Shown here piece after piece: positions 50,986 through 63,800 of a stretch of 64,000 bases of DNA. Under the pieces are notes generated by a model. It was not told the DNA's origin. It saw nothing but the letters and a program-made list of their open reading frames with translations, and ran no database searches. The position numbers and the translations under genes are program-made. Numbering within the stretch: the first letter of the stretch is position 1; each line of letters opens with the position of its first letter. The stretch is from Ginglymostoma cirratum. Its lineage: Eukaryota. The stretch covers positions 52,062,978 to 52,126,977 of the forward strand of contig JAHRHZ010000013.1 in assembly GCA_024137785.1 (NCBI GenBank). The letters are read 5' to 3'.

Positions 50986-51959
50986 ACAGGAACCATAGCA
51001 ACTGCTGAATCTGACGGAGATAGCAAGAACTTCAGATGCTGGAGTCAGAGACAACAGTATGGAGCTGGAGGAACACAGCACGTCAACTTCCCTACTCCTC
51101 TGATGCTGAATCTGACTTCAAGTTTCAATTTCTTCACATCAGAACAAAAAAAAACTCAAAAAAGTCAGGTCTGCAATGATATTAGAGATTGATCTCATTT
51201 TCATCTTCATACTTAACATTCACCCCTAATTTAAGTGTTCACATTTGTATTTTGCCTAATCAACTTAACTTCAGTAATGTTAAACAATAGTTGTGTGGTA
51301 ATTCTAACTTGTATTTTGTTTAAATACAAAGCTATGCTGCTGATATTGGAATACCAAATTAAATAAAAGGGAGTTACATATGAGTTTACAAAAATTCTCA
51401 ATTCATGGACCACTCTAAGGCCCTGGTGTGTGAGCATAACAAAATATGTGCATATACCCAAGTACATTGGCTGTATACTTGTTCTAGACTTGCTCAGTTC
51501 ATGCTTGCTGATGTCACTTACAATTTTACAGCAAGGTAATGCATCTGTTTTCACACATCCTAAAACCTTTTCAAACAGAGTGTGAATTTAACAAGGTAAT
51601 CGAAATTTTCATCTGCAAATTGCTCTTTGCAGGTGATTATACAACAGATGAAGAAGACATCAGCTGGTATTTACCCATTTGCAGTTAAAGTGTTTTGTCA
51701 AGTGAAAATCGTGGTGCTCTGTCGCAGCAACATTTTCACACAATCTACTGCTCTTCGCCTGATTAATTATGTAAGCGGTCTCTTGGATGCCTTTCCTGGA
51801 GAATCATACAGCCAGAGGTGGAAGTACTTTTCACTGCTGGGACCTTCTGGCTTTCACACTTCTCACATCATACTTGAAACCCAGCTGCACACCACTTCAG
51901 ACTCTGCATGCCAGGAATTGGCTCTCATGCTGTACTGCCTCATTGTTATTACCAAACAC

Positions 51960-52160
51960 ATGGCCCAGGGGAATGGAAGCCTTTTTCTCCACCGTGTGGA
52001 CAGGGAGGCCAGTCCTTTGTTACCACAGAAAGCCAAACCACTAGACAAAGCCTGCACTAGACACAGATTGCAGGTCAGGCCAGTGCTCTGTCTCAGCAGT
52101 GTAGAAATACACCGAAGCATTTAAAGTAAGTTAATGATCTCCTGTACGCCACAAGGATAC
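51960..52160 (+). pseudogene. Harbinger Myb/SANT-like ORF remnant
   Basis: QIAGQASALSQQCRN....K.VNDLL in one frame. Confidence 0.5.
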
Positions 52161-52724
52161 ATGCCACCACTATAATTCCTTCTGCTACCTAACACTCACA
52201 GGACCTGCACTCACTCTAACCCTGTCATTGCAACACATCACACCATGAACTACACCCTTCAGGACTGGATGCATCATCTGCCAATTAATGGCTACCATCA
52301 CCTCATCCTCCCAAACTACTGTTCCTTCCTGCCTCTGTGCTTCATGTCACTGGGAACACCTCGACTGAAGCTCTAGCTATATGTTTGGCATGCCAGATGC
52401 TGGCACATGCTGCAGGTCTGACATTCACAAAGCACAATGCTGTATACGAAGAAGTCCACCCTCCAATATAATAGATTGACTGTTCAGTTCTTGCCACCAT
52501 CACGGACTGCCCAATCTGCCCAATCAAACTTCTCAATAAAAAGCAGTGTGAGCCACGCAGAGTCTGGCAGCCTCTAAAACTGAGAAAACCAGAGAACTGT
52601 ACAGAAGATGCAACATGAAAGTCATTGTAATGTGACTAAAGCATGATAGCAAGGAGTCACAATTAGTCACAAATGGATGTGACAGAGTTCCTTAAACAGT
52701 AAAAAAGACTGAAGTCTTCAGGAG

Positions 52725-53940
52725 GACATAGGGAGGTGAAATAGGAAGAAATTAGGAGGAAATTGCTGGCTCCCTGCAGAAATATTTGTATCATCTATAA
52801 TTATGAGTGAGGTGCCGGACAGTTCGAGGGTGGCTAATGTTGAGCCTTTGTTTAAGAAGGGATGTAAGGAGAAGCACAGGAACTATCGACTTATAACTCT
52901 GACTTCAGTTGGGGGTAAGTTGTTGGTAGTGATTCTGAAAGATAGGATTTGTATGTATTTAGAGAAGCAAGGACTGATTACAGATAGTCATAAAAGCACA
53001 GTTAGTAATGCTTGCGGATGCCACTAAAATTAATGGCAAATGGACAGTGAAGAAGGTTGTCTAAGATCACAAAGAAATCTTCATTGCTGGGTCAATAGGC
53101 TAAGGAGTGACAGATGCAGCTTAATTTGGAAAAATGCGAGGTTTTTTTGGTATAACAAACAAGGGCAAGATTTATACAATTAAAATTAGGGTTTTGGGCA
53201 GTGCTATAGACCAGAGAGATCTAAAGGTTCAGGTAGATAATTTTTTGAAGTTTGTGTCACTTGTAGACAGGCAGTTAAGAAGACATTTAGCATGCTTGCC
53301 TTCATTGCTCAGACCTTTGAGTGTAGGAGTTGGGAAGTCCTGTTGAGGTCAGACACAACATCGGTGAGGTTTCTTCTGGAATACGGTGTCCAGTTCTTGT
53401 TGCCCTGTTATAGGGACAATATTATCAAGCTGAAGAGGATTCAGAAAAGATTTACCAGGATGTTACTGGGAAGATTTGAGTTATAGGGAGAGGCTGGATA
53501 GGCTGGGACTTCTTTCACTGGAACAAAGGAGGTTGAGGGGTGACCTTATAGAGGTTTATAAAATCATGAGGGGTATAGATAAGATGAATGGCAGGTGTCT
53601 TTTTCCCTGTGGTGGGGGATTTCAATACTAGGGAGCATATCTTTAAGGTGAGAGGAGAAAAATTTAAGAAGGACATGAGAGGCAACTTTTTTTACACACA
53701 GAGCGGTTCATGTGTGGAATGAACTTCCAGAGGAAGTGGTGGATGTGGATACAGTTACAAAAGACATTTGGATAAGTACCTGAACAAGAAAGGTTTGGAG
53801 GAATATGGGCCGAATGCACGCAGGTGAGACTAGTTTAGTTTGGGATTATAGTCTGCATGGGCTGGTTGGACCAAAGGGTCTTTTTTATTGAGAAGTCTGA
53901 ACAGTCCGTTTCCGCATTGTATGACTCTGCGACTCTATGA
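52725..53940 (+). mobile_element. CR1-clade LINE, internally deleted 3' part
   Basis: RVANVEPLFKKG..NYR; LEYGVQF..P; RIQKRFTRML; atgactct tail repeats. Confidence 0.9.
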
Positions 53941-54350
53941 CAATATGGCTGATAAAATTTAATGCAGAGATGTTTGAAGGATTGTGTTTTGGTTGAATTA
54001 GTGAGGACAGAGAGAGATAGCCAGGGAGTTCACATTAACAACTTGTCCTGCACTGTCAAGGCAAAGCAGTTGAAACAAACCCTTTGGAATCCTTAGCTTC
54101 ACAAATTGAAAAATGGTAATATGGATTTGTGTGATAAACAGACTGTAATCCATTGCCATTTGTATGCATTCTATGGTTACAAAATCTATATAAGAGTTCA
54201 AAAATATCTAAGTTAAACTCAACCTTTACACATTACGCATTACAGGCTCACTAGATTACTTATCCAGTCTTGGGCAATACACTCTACAGAGATAACAAGC
54301 ATGGGGCTGGATAAACACAGCAGGTCAAGCAGCATCATAGGAGCAGGAAA

Positions 54351-54386
54351 ACTTGACGTTTCGGGCCTAAACCCTTCATCAGAAAT
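54351..54386 (-). ncRNA. Minimal hammerhead ribozyme motif (PLE family 1), intact core
   Basis: attt-CTGATGA-agggtttaggccc-GAAA-c-GTC-aagt; predicted cut after GUC, between plus-strand positions 54354 and 54355. Confidence 0.78.
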
Positions 54387-54637
54387 GGGGGAGGGGAAGA
54401 GGGTTCTGAAATAAATAGGGAGAGAGGGGGAGGCGGATAGAGGATGGGTAGAAGAGAGGATAGGTGGAGAGGAGGCAGACAAGTCGAAGAGGCGGGGATG
54501 GAGCCAGTAAAGGTGAGTGTAGGTAGGGGGGTAGGGAGGAGATAGGTCAGTCCAGGGAGGACGGACAGGTCAAGGGGGCGGGATGATGTTAGTAGATGGG
54601 AGATGGGGGTGTGGCTTGGGGTGAGAGGAAAAACAGG

Positions 54638-56537
54638 TTAGGGAGGTGGAGATGAGCTGGGCTGGTTTTGGGATGCGGTTGGGGGAGGGGAGATTTTGAA
54701 GCTTGTGAAATCTACATTGATGCCATTGGGCTGCAGGGTTCCCAGGCTGAATATGATTTGCTGTTCCTGCAGCCTTCGGGTGGCATCACTGTGGCATTGC
54801 AGGAGGCCAAGGATGGACATGTCATCTGAGGAATGGGAGGGGGAGTTGAAATGGTTCGCGACTGGGAGGTGCAGTTGTTTGTTGCGAACTGAGCACAGGT
54901 GTTCTGCAAAGCGGTCCCCAAGCCTCCGCTTGGTTTCCCCGATGTAGAGGTAGCCACAACGGGTACAGCGGATGCAGTATACCACATTGGCAGATGTGCA
55001 GGTGAACCTCTGCCTGATGTGGAAAGTCTTCTAGGGGCGAGGGAGGAGGTGTGGGGGCAGGTGTAGCACTTCCTGCGGTGACAGGGAAAAGTGCTGGGTG
55101 TGGTGGGGCTGGAGGGGAGTGTGGAGGGGACAAGGGAGTCGTGGAGGGAGTGGTCCCTCCGGAAGGCAGATAAGGGTGGGGAGGGAAAAATGTCTTTGGT
55201 GGTGGGGTCTGATTGCAGATGGTGGAAGTGTCGGAGGATGATGCGTTGGATCCGGAGGTTGGTGGGGTGGTATGTGAGGACGAGGGGGATTCTTTTTTGG
55301 TTATTGTTGCGGGGACGGGGCATGAGGGATGTGTTCCGGGAAATGTGGGAGACACGGTCGAGGGCGTTCTCAACCACTGTGGGGGGGAAGTTGCGGTCCC
55401 TGAAGAATGAGGACATTTGAGATGTGCGGGATTGGAATGTCTCATCCTGGGAGCAGATGCGGCGGAGGCGAAGGAATTGGGAATAGAGGATGGCATTTTT
55501 GCAGGAGGGTGGGTGGGAGGAGGTGTATTCCAGGTAGCTGTGGGAGTCAGTGGGCTTGAAATGGACATCTGTCTCTAGGTGGTTGCCTGAGATGGAGACA
55601 GAGAGGTCCAGGAAGGAGAGAGAAGTGTTGGAGATGGTCCAGGTGAACTTCAGGTTGGGGTGGAAGGTGTTGGTGAATTGGATGAACTGTTCGAGCTCCT
55701 CGTGGGAGCACGAGGCGGCGCCGATGCAGTCATCAATGTAACGGAGGAAGAGGTGGGGTTTAGGGCCAGTGTAGGTACGGAAGAGGGATTGTTCCACGTA
55801 ACCTACAAAGAGGCAGGCATAGCTTGGGCCCATGCGGGTACCCATGGCCACCCCCTTTGTCTGTAGGAAGTGGGAGGAATTGAAAGAGAAGTTGTTGAGG
55901 GTGAGGACGAGTTCGGCTAGGCGGATGAGGGTGTCGGTGGAGGGGGATTGGTCCGTTCTGCGGGACAGGAAGAAGCGGAGGGCCTTTAGGCCATCTGCAT
56001 GGGGAATACAGGTGTATAGGGACTGGACATCCATAGTAAAAATGAGGTGTTGGGGACCTGGGAATTGGAAGTTCTGGAGGAGGTGGAGGGCGTGGGTGGT
56101 GTCACCGACGTAGGTGGGGAGTTCCTGGACCAAGGGGGTGAAAATGGAGTCTAGGTAGGTGGAGATGAGTTCGGTGGGGCAGGAGCAGGCGGAGACAATG
56201 GGTCGACCAGGGCATTCAGGTTTGTGGATTTTGGGGAGGAGATAGAAGCGGGCGGTGCGGGGTTGGGGAACGATGAGGTTGGAGGCGGTGGGTGGGAGGT
56301 CACCTGAGGTGATGAGGTTGTGGATGGTTTGGGAGATGATGGTTTGGTGCTCGGGGGTGGGGTCATGATCCGGGGGCGGTAGGAGGAGGTGTCAGAGAGT
56401 TGGCGCCTGGCCTCAGCAATGTAGAGGTCAGTGCGCCATACTACGACTGCGCCTCCCTTGTCCGCGGGTTTTATGGTGAGGTTGGGATTGGAGCGGAGGG
56501 AGCGGAGGGCTGCACGTTCTGCAGGGGAGAGGTTGGA
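54638..56537 (-). pseudogene. PLE RT / GIY-YIG polyprotein with two frameshifts (about 56370 and 55035)
   Basis: IKPADKGGAVVV, TMDVQSLYT, GVAMGTRMGPSYA, RYIDD, FPCHRRKCYTC, VYCIRCTRCGYLYIGETKRRLGDRFAEH. Confidence 0.93.
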
Positions 56538-57109
56538 CAGAGGATGTTTAGGTCTTAGCTTGGATGTGGGCGAAATGTATTCAGTGGTACCAGACATAAG
56601 GAAATACATTCATATGAGGAAACAAGAGAAGCTGTGACTCTTCTTCTTAGAGTAGAAAAGTTTAAGGTGAGATTTAAGGGTATATTTCACAATTATGAGG
56701 GGATTGTGATAGTGAATTAGCGAAAAACCTAATTCACTAACAGATGGACTTGAAACCACAAGACAATGATTGAAGATAATTGGCAAAAGAACCAGACAGG
56801 AGAGACAAGAAGAAATGTCTTTGTCATCAATTTGTTTTGATCTGGGATGCACAATCTAAAATAGTGGTGGAAGCAGATTCAATAGCAATTTTCAAAATGG
56901 AATATGGTATACAGTTGAAAATGGTGTACAGAAAAGCACAGAATTAAAAATAATGAGTAAGGGAGTGCAACAAACTAATAAATATTATCTGGATAGAAAT
57001 AGTGTACAAGGGTATTGGAAAAATGCAGCAAATTGGTAATCGGAAAAAAAAATTTGGTAGAAGAGTCAGATTGTTGAAAGGGGTCCTTCGGGACTGTAAC
57101 AATTCTATG

Positions 57110-58240
57110 AATTAATGACCTTGTTGTGACAGCATGTTTAGGGATGAGTGATCATAATACAATAGATTTTTGTATTAAGTTTCAAAGTGAGCTAGTTCAA
57201 TCTCAAGCAAGGCTGTTAAAGTTTGAATAAGAGAAATTATAAAAGCTTGAGGCACAAGTTGGCTGAGTTGGATTCGGAATATACATTAAAAGGCATGACT
57301 GTATATAGGAAAGAACTGTCTTCAAAGAACAATTACATGACTTACAGCAACTATATGTTCCTTCAAGGTACAAAACTACAAAAAAAATAACTAAACTATG
57401 GCTGACAGAGGAAGTTAAAGATTACACCAGCTTAAAAGAATGTGTTTATAAAGTGACCAGAAATAGTAATAAATCTGAAGATTGGGAAGTTTCAGAATAT
57501 ATCAGAGGAGGACCAAGAAACTCATCACAAAAAGAAGAAAAGAAAACAGATGTAATCTAGCTATAACATAAAAATGGACGATAAAAACTTCTATAAAAAG
57601 GAAACATTTAGCTAAGGCAATTGTGAGTCCATTAAAAGCAGCGTCAGGAGGATTTATAACAAGGAATAGAGAAATGACTGAGAAGCTAAATGATTATTTT
57701 GTGTCAATTTTCACTGAGGATGATACAAGAAATCTCTCGAGATAGAGATCCAAGTAGTTCGAGGGAATGAGGAGTTGAAGGAAACTTTTATTAGTAAGAC
57801 AGTTGTCCTGGAGAAACTCATGGGCTGAAGGTGATAAATCCTGTGACTTGATAATCTACATCTCACAGCGCTGAGGGAGTACTATCAAAATACCAGATAC
57901 ATTGATAATCATATTCCAAAATTCCATAGAATATGGAATGATTCCTGCACTTCAGAAACTTGCAAAAGTGATCTTCAACCCACTGTTTAAGAAAGGAGTA
58001 AGGGAGATTGCAGGGCTTGACAGATCAATCAGCCTTATTTCAGTAGAAGGGAAAATGATGGAAATCGATTGTAATGCACGTGATAAATGGACACATGGAT
58101 TTCTGAACGGAAAATTGTATTTGACAAACTTATTAAGAGCTTTTTTTGAAGATATAACTAACAATATTGATAGATGTAGTATATTTGGATTTTCATAAGG
58201 CTTTTAGTATGATCCCCTGCAGGAGGCTGGTTAACAATAT
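57110..58240 (+). mobile_element. Old CR1 ORF2 fragment
   Basis: SDHN-like agtgatcataat; IIFQNSI..GMIP...PLFKKG; LTNLL..FFEDIT. Confidence 0.75.
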
Positions 58241-58957
58241 TTTTTATGCTTCAGTGAGGAGTTTCAGCAAAAGATACAGTGAGGCATAGTGGAGTTGTAT
58301 GACATTACAGATGTGGAAACAAACAGTGTAAGAAATGACACAAATATAGGTTGGAAACCCATCTTAGTTAAATTTGATATAAAGCTCGTGAGCATTTTGG
58401 CTCAAAATCCCTCAGTTTTCAGAGACAGGGGGAGTCAGTGTCCAGAGACAATGAAAGACAAAAGGGTTGATTTTAGTCAGCTGGCATGGGTGGGAAGTTA
58501 AGGTAATTGGGTGACTATATCATATTTCACTTCACATCATCTTAAATCAATTCAGATTGGGCATTAATATTTCACGAACCTCACAAAAAAAAGCTTGAAT
58601 AATTAGGAGCCATGTAGGTACCCACAGCATCATGTTTAATTTGAAAGAAGTGAGAAAAGTTAAAGAAGAAATTGTTCAATATCTGAACAGATTCAGCCAG
58701 ACAGAAGAGGACATTAATGGCTGGGCATTGTATTCAATGCCATTCAAGGAAGAGGCAGACTGTCGTCAGACTTGGGGGAGTGACGTGGACATCCATGATG
58801 AAAAGGAGATGGTTAGGGCCAAGGAACTGGAAATTTTTGAAAATGTTGTAGAGTATCAGAAGAATCATGAATGTGTGTGCTAAGAGGTTGAACAAAGAGA
58901 GGAAAAGTAGAGTCAAAATAGGAATAACTAAGATAAATGGGTTGGGAACTGGTTGAA

Positions 58958-59634
58958 ATAGAATCATACTCTGCAGTGTGGAAGCAGGCCATTCAGCCTA
59001 TCGAGTACACATAACCCCTTCGAAGAGTACCTCACCCAGACCCACGCATCTATCCTATCCTTGTAACCCAGCATTTCCCATGGCTAATCCACCCAACCTC
59101 CACATCCCTGGGCACAATGATGTGCAGGTGCCAGTGTTGGATTGGGATGGACAAAGTCAGAAGTCACACAACACCAGGTGATAGTTCAACAAGTTTATTT
59201 GAAATCACAAGCTTTCACAGTGCTGCTCCTTCATCAGGTGAAGTGCAGGGAAGCACACAGGCACAGAATTTATAATCAGAGAGATGATGGCAAGATCTCA
59301 CTGCCTATAAATTCTGTGCCTGTGTGCCTCCCTCCACTTCACCTGATGAAGGGGCAGTGCTTTGAGAGCTTGTGATTTCAAATAAACTTGTCAGACGATA
59401 ACCTGGTGTCTTGTGACCTCTGACTCTGGACACAATGGGCAACTTAGCAAGGCCAATCCACCTAACCTGCACGTCTTTGGACTGTGGGAGGAAACCAGGG
59501 CACCCGAGGAAACCCATGCAGACGCAGGGAGAGTGTGCAAACTCTGGACAGACAGTTGCCTGAGGCCGGAACCGAACCTGGTTCCCTGGTACTGTGAGGC
59601 AGCAAGTAATAACCACTGAGCCACTGGGCCGCCC
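58958..59634 (-). mobile_element. HE1-type V-SINE interrupted by a PLE fold-back
   Basis: V-domain and A box on the minus strand at 59440-59634; tail at 58958-59110. Confidence 0.9.
59120..59425. mobile_element. Palindromic PLE family 2 fold-back insertion with 12-bp TSD
   Basis: About 130-bp inverted arms; ctgg[g/a]cacaatg at 59108-59119 and 59426-59437. Confidence 0.9.
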
Positions 59635-60234
59635 AAATGATGGGTCTAACACGATCGTCCTGTTTTCAGATTTTGGGAAGGTGGTAAAAGAGTCTGTTCA
59701 GAGTTGGTGAACTATGAGGTGGGAAACTATGGAGGGAAGATCTCCTCAGGAGATGATGCCAGGGGAAGATGAGGACAATGGAAGCAAAATTCAATGTCAT
59801 GCTGAGCCACATATGTATTGTTGTGAAAGTTTACTGGGTGAAACTGAATCCTTTGTTATTCACAGGTAGTTCAGCATTGGAGTAAAAAGTCAGATTTTAG
59901 TTGTCCCTGGTTTTCCACATTCTTAAGTGACAATCAGAAGAATGCTTAATATCAATGCAAAATCTGATTAAAATTATTTCTTGGAGGTTCTGTCAGTTCT
60001 CTGGTGTATGAGGAGCATTGATCTGTTTTAAGCATGGGATTTAAATATAGGTTAGTACAATTCGGAGTGCATTATTGACCTATACCAGCAAAGGGTTGTT
60101 GGAACTGAATCTAGTGACAGCAAAATTATGCGTTATATCCTTAAAATGTCATGCTGAACGGAATATGAATTAGAAGTAGGAATAGGCCATTCAGTAAACT
60201 AGCCTACTCAGCCATTCAACAAGATTGTGACTGA

Positions 60235-60570
60235 GGCACGGTGACTCAGTGGTTAGCCCTGCTGCCTCACAGTGCTAGGGTCCCGGGTTTGATTCCACCC
60301 TCGGGCGATTGTCTGTGTGGAGTTTGCACATTCTCCCCATGTCTGCATGGGTTTCCTCCAGGTGCTCTGGTTTCCTCTCACAGTCCAAAAATGTGCAGTC
60401 TAGGTGGATTGGCCAAGCTAAATTGCCCACAGTGTCCAGGAATGTTTAGATTAGGTGAGTTAGAAATGGGAAATGCAGGGGAATGGGTCTGGGTGGGATG
60501 GCCTTCAGAGGGGCGGTGTGGACTTGTTGAGCCAAATGCCCTGTTTCCACACTGTAGGGTTCCTGTGATT
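60235..60570 (+). mobile_element. HE1-type V-SINE
   Basis: Full A/B box, V-domain and tail. Confidence 0.9.
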
Positions 60571-60721
60571 GTGGCCTCAACTTCACATTTCCACTCCTCC
60601 TGATAACCTTTGACTCCCTTGTTAGCCATGCATGTATCTACCTCTGCCCTAAAAGAATTCAAAGGCCCATCCTTCACTCTTCTCTTGGAAAGACTTATGG
60701 GCACTGGGAAAAAGACTCCTC

Positions 60722-61170
60722 TGTGGCTCAGTGGTTACCACTACTGCCTTACAGTGCCAGGGACCCAGGTTTGATTCCAGCCTTCAGTGACTATCTATGT
60801 GGAGTTTCCATGGTCACCCTGTTTCTGTTGGGTGTTCCAGTTTCCTTCTACAGTCCAGAGTTTTGCAGACTAGGTGGATTAGAGATGGTAAATGCAGAGT
60901 TACAAGGATACATTAGGGATACTTAAGCGACTCTTGGATAGGCATATGGCTGATAGTAAAATGTAAGGTATGCAGGGTAGTTTTGATCTTTGAGTAGATA
61001 ATATGTCGGCACAACATTGTGGGCAGAAGGGCCTGTACTGTGCTGTAATTTTCTATGTTCTATGATTGGGGGTGGGGGGGTGGTGGGGGAATCTGGGTAG
61101 GATGTTCTTCATAGGTTTGGTTCAGATTCAATTGGCCAAATGGCCTCCATCTGCTCTGTAGAGGTTCTAG
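60722..61170 (+). mobile_element. Decayed HE1 SINE with a nested CR1 3' end (about 60905-61065)
   Basis: SINE head at 60722; CR1 tail ttctatgttctatg; SINE tail resumes after 61067. Confidence 0.75.
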
Positions 61171-61199
61171 GGTACTTTCTGGGTCTTCTAATAATTATA

Positions 61200-62010
61200 G
61201 ACCTAACTTTCCTCAAAAGATAACCTCCCCATCCCAGTTACACTCAAATGACCATTTCCTGTACTTCTCTAACGTATTTATATATTTTCTTTAACAAGGA
61301 GGCAATAATTGTATATAGTACTCCAGAAATGGCCTCATGAACATATACAACAACAGAAATGCATCCTGACTTTTATATTTCACTCCCCTTGCAAAAACAA
61401 CATTCTGTTTGCTTTCCTAATGATCTGTGGCACCTGCATATGATAATTTAGAATTTATTACCAGCAAATCAAGATCACTCTATATATGCAGTCTTTCTCA
61501 TTTAGATATGCTTCCTTTTTCATTCTTCCTGCCAAAATGGACAATATTTCCCATGTTATATGCTATTTGTCAAATCTTTGCACATGCACTTAATGTATTA
61601 TATCCATTTGCAGACTCCTTCTGTCCTTTTCATAAACTTACTTCTCTACCTATCTTTGCATCATCGGTAAATTTTGCAACCATGCATTCAACCTCTTCAT
61701 CCAAGTAATTTATGTGGATGCAGATTGGGAATAATTGAGGCTGTAAGAGTGGTCCCTGCGACCTACATCCTACCAGCCTGAAATGACCCTTTTCATGCTC
61801 TGCCCACTGTCTGCTTCCTATTAGTTAACCAATCCTCTATCCACGTTGATATGTTATCCCCTATACTAGGAACACACCTTATGGAGTAACCTTTGATGCA
61901 GCACCTTGTCAAATGACTTCTGGAAATTAAAGTTCTTCTTTATAAACATTGCTTATTACTTCCCCAAAGAATCTTTTTCACAAAATCATGTTGATTCCGC
62001 CTAATAATTG
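61200..62010 (-). mobile_element. Decayed CR1 RT fragment
   Basis: tttgcatcatcggtaaattt (FADD-like on the minus strand) and caccttgtcaaatgacttctggaaa (DF.KAFDKV-like). Confidence 0.7.
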
Positions 62011-63654
62011 ACTATGTATTTAAACTTTGAAATGGAGCAACCTCTAATAATTTAATAAAATCCTGGATTCAAAATAATATCATCGATGCTGGAAAGAACA
62101 CAAACAAAAACTTCTGTTGTCCTTGCAGTGGAGAGACTGACATTGGGAGAGGTTTGTGCATGTTTTCCACCCAAGCCCACCCACACTAACTGAAAATTCA
62201 TAGGAAAATGGTGTGGGGTTGGGAAGGCAGAGGAATATTGTTCTTCCAATAACAAAATGGTGCAGCGTTCTGTGGCCCATTACACACCTCCGTTGGCAGA
62301 AAAAAAATTGAGCCCAGATGTCAAATTTCAAGTTTTAAGTGAATTAGTTTCATATGTCTGAGCCAGTAGAATAAAATTGGATACCTTTAAAATGCAGATC
62401 AAAAAACTCAAAACGTCAAATGTTTTCACATGCAACAGGGACTACAATTATTGAGAATGATGTCAAACAAATACAGCTGTGTGTCTGTAAGAGAAAGTTA
62501 TCAATATAAACCTGACTTTTTATCCAAACTGATTTCGAAACTGGTCAAATTTTCTACTTCAGCTGAGGAGTCACACAGAAACTTTGACCTTTCTCTTTAA
62601 CATGTCAGTTGAGGTTCTACACATTTTCTGTACATTCTTCTTTAAATTCATTTTCACTGCTACGATGCTTTGTTGCAATGTTACAAAATGCCATTCATTA
62701 TTTAAACATAAATCACAAATTATTAATTCCACACCTGGTGTTTGCAATGATCTTGTAAATCAACATGACTTTCTCATTTTGTGCTGAGTTTAAATTCTGA
62801 CAATATCTGAAGATAAATCAAAAATAGTGAAGAGCTGCATCAGCAAAGTGGCTACAAATAGAAACATGTGGTCATTGACTAACAGCTGAGAATAAAGAAG
62901 ATGACAGAAACATCATTGTTTGGCACAAAAGAACAAAGCTGTTTTTCTTTTCATAACCAGGGGGTTTAAGAAGTCCTGATTTATCTTTTTGCATTTTTGG
63001 TTTGTTTCCTGGAATGACTTGAACGACCATGTTTGTCTTTCATTCTCAAACTTTCTAAACTTTGTAGTTAACTCCACGGGTGGGATTCTCTGAAATCTCA
63101 GAGATAGTGAAATTAAAGACAGGAAGGACAGCTGATGAGGGCGGGTGGTAGCATTTCGAAACCCTGTGTTCTGTGATCTTAAATCCACCAGAATTAAATT
63201 CTGAGCAGGAGGTCTTAGAAACACTTTCCCACACTGCCATCAATTGAGGGCCTTAATGCATTAATTAAGGAGCACTTAAGGACAACAATGTGCAGGCAGC
63301 TTAGGACTCTCCCCCTATCATCGTTAACCAGTGCTTGATCGAGGGCCTGGACATAGAGGAGGGGTTTGCTTGTTGAGGGCCACCCCTGTGCCCTCACTTA
63401 CAACTCTTCAGCCCTCCTTTCCCTGTGAGACCCAACCCAACAACTCCATAGATGTCTCCCAACCCCAAGCTTAGGCCTGCTCTGAGATGCTGAGACTTGA
63501 TGCTGGGGGTGTTCTTTTGGTAACAATTACAGCCTCCACCAAAGTGTGTCTGAGTGTAAGAGGTGTGAGCTTCTAACTGGGCAAGATCACCACCCCATGG
63601 TCTTGATTCCAGGTGAAGGCCTGTCAGTGGCCTTGGCAATGTCGGGGATTAACA

Positions 63655-63800
63655 TCAGGGTTCAGAGTTCTGATGAAGAGTCACCAGACTCAAAATGTTA
63701 ACTTTGCTTTCTCCCTATAGATGCTGTTAGACCTGCTGAGTTTAGCCAGAAATTTGTGTTTTTGTTTCAAATCTCTGGCATCCACATGTTTTTGTTTTAT
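63655..63800 (+). mobile_element. PLE family 3 pseudo-LTR end with a CpG-decayed hammerhead
   Basis: gtt-CTGATGA-a-gagtc-acca-gactc-aAAA-tg-TT-aac, followed by the family 3 tail. Confidence 0.75.

Larger units (their letters stand above)
54289..56537 (-). mobile_element. Young 5'-truncated Penelope-like element (Neptune-type), family 1
   Basis: CpG-rich; RT, Cys linker, GIY-YIG, and a 3' pseudo-LTR carrying a hammerhead. Confidence 0.95.
58500..59775 (-). mobile_element. Old PLE RT fragment split by an HE1 SINE
   Basis: NFQFLGPNHLLFIMDV versus NFQFPGPQHLIFTMDV in the young copy; homology resumes at about 59640. Confidence 0.7.

Noticed and set aside
51627-52124. 165-aa ORF as a host gene
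   Set aside because: No recognisable domain in this frame, it overlaps a Harbinger Myb remnant, and there is no convincing exon structure
54822-56113. Pro/Ser-rich 248-aa ORF and several plus-strand ORFs
   Set aside because: Alternate or antisense frames of the C-rich PLE coding strand
61067-61090. G-run cluster (possible G-quadruplex)
   Set aside because: Expanded G-rich segment within a decayed HE1 SINE, with no evidence of function
62913-63224. 103-aa minus-strand ORF as a possible exon
   Set aside because: No recognisable protein motif or supported splice sites
4251-63800. Recurrent short palindromic repeats as a CRISPR-like array
   Set aside because: They are dispersed and irregularly spaced, have no spacer structure or cas genes, and are explained by PLE termini in eukaryotic DNA
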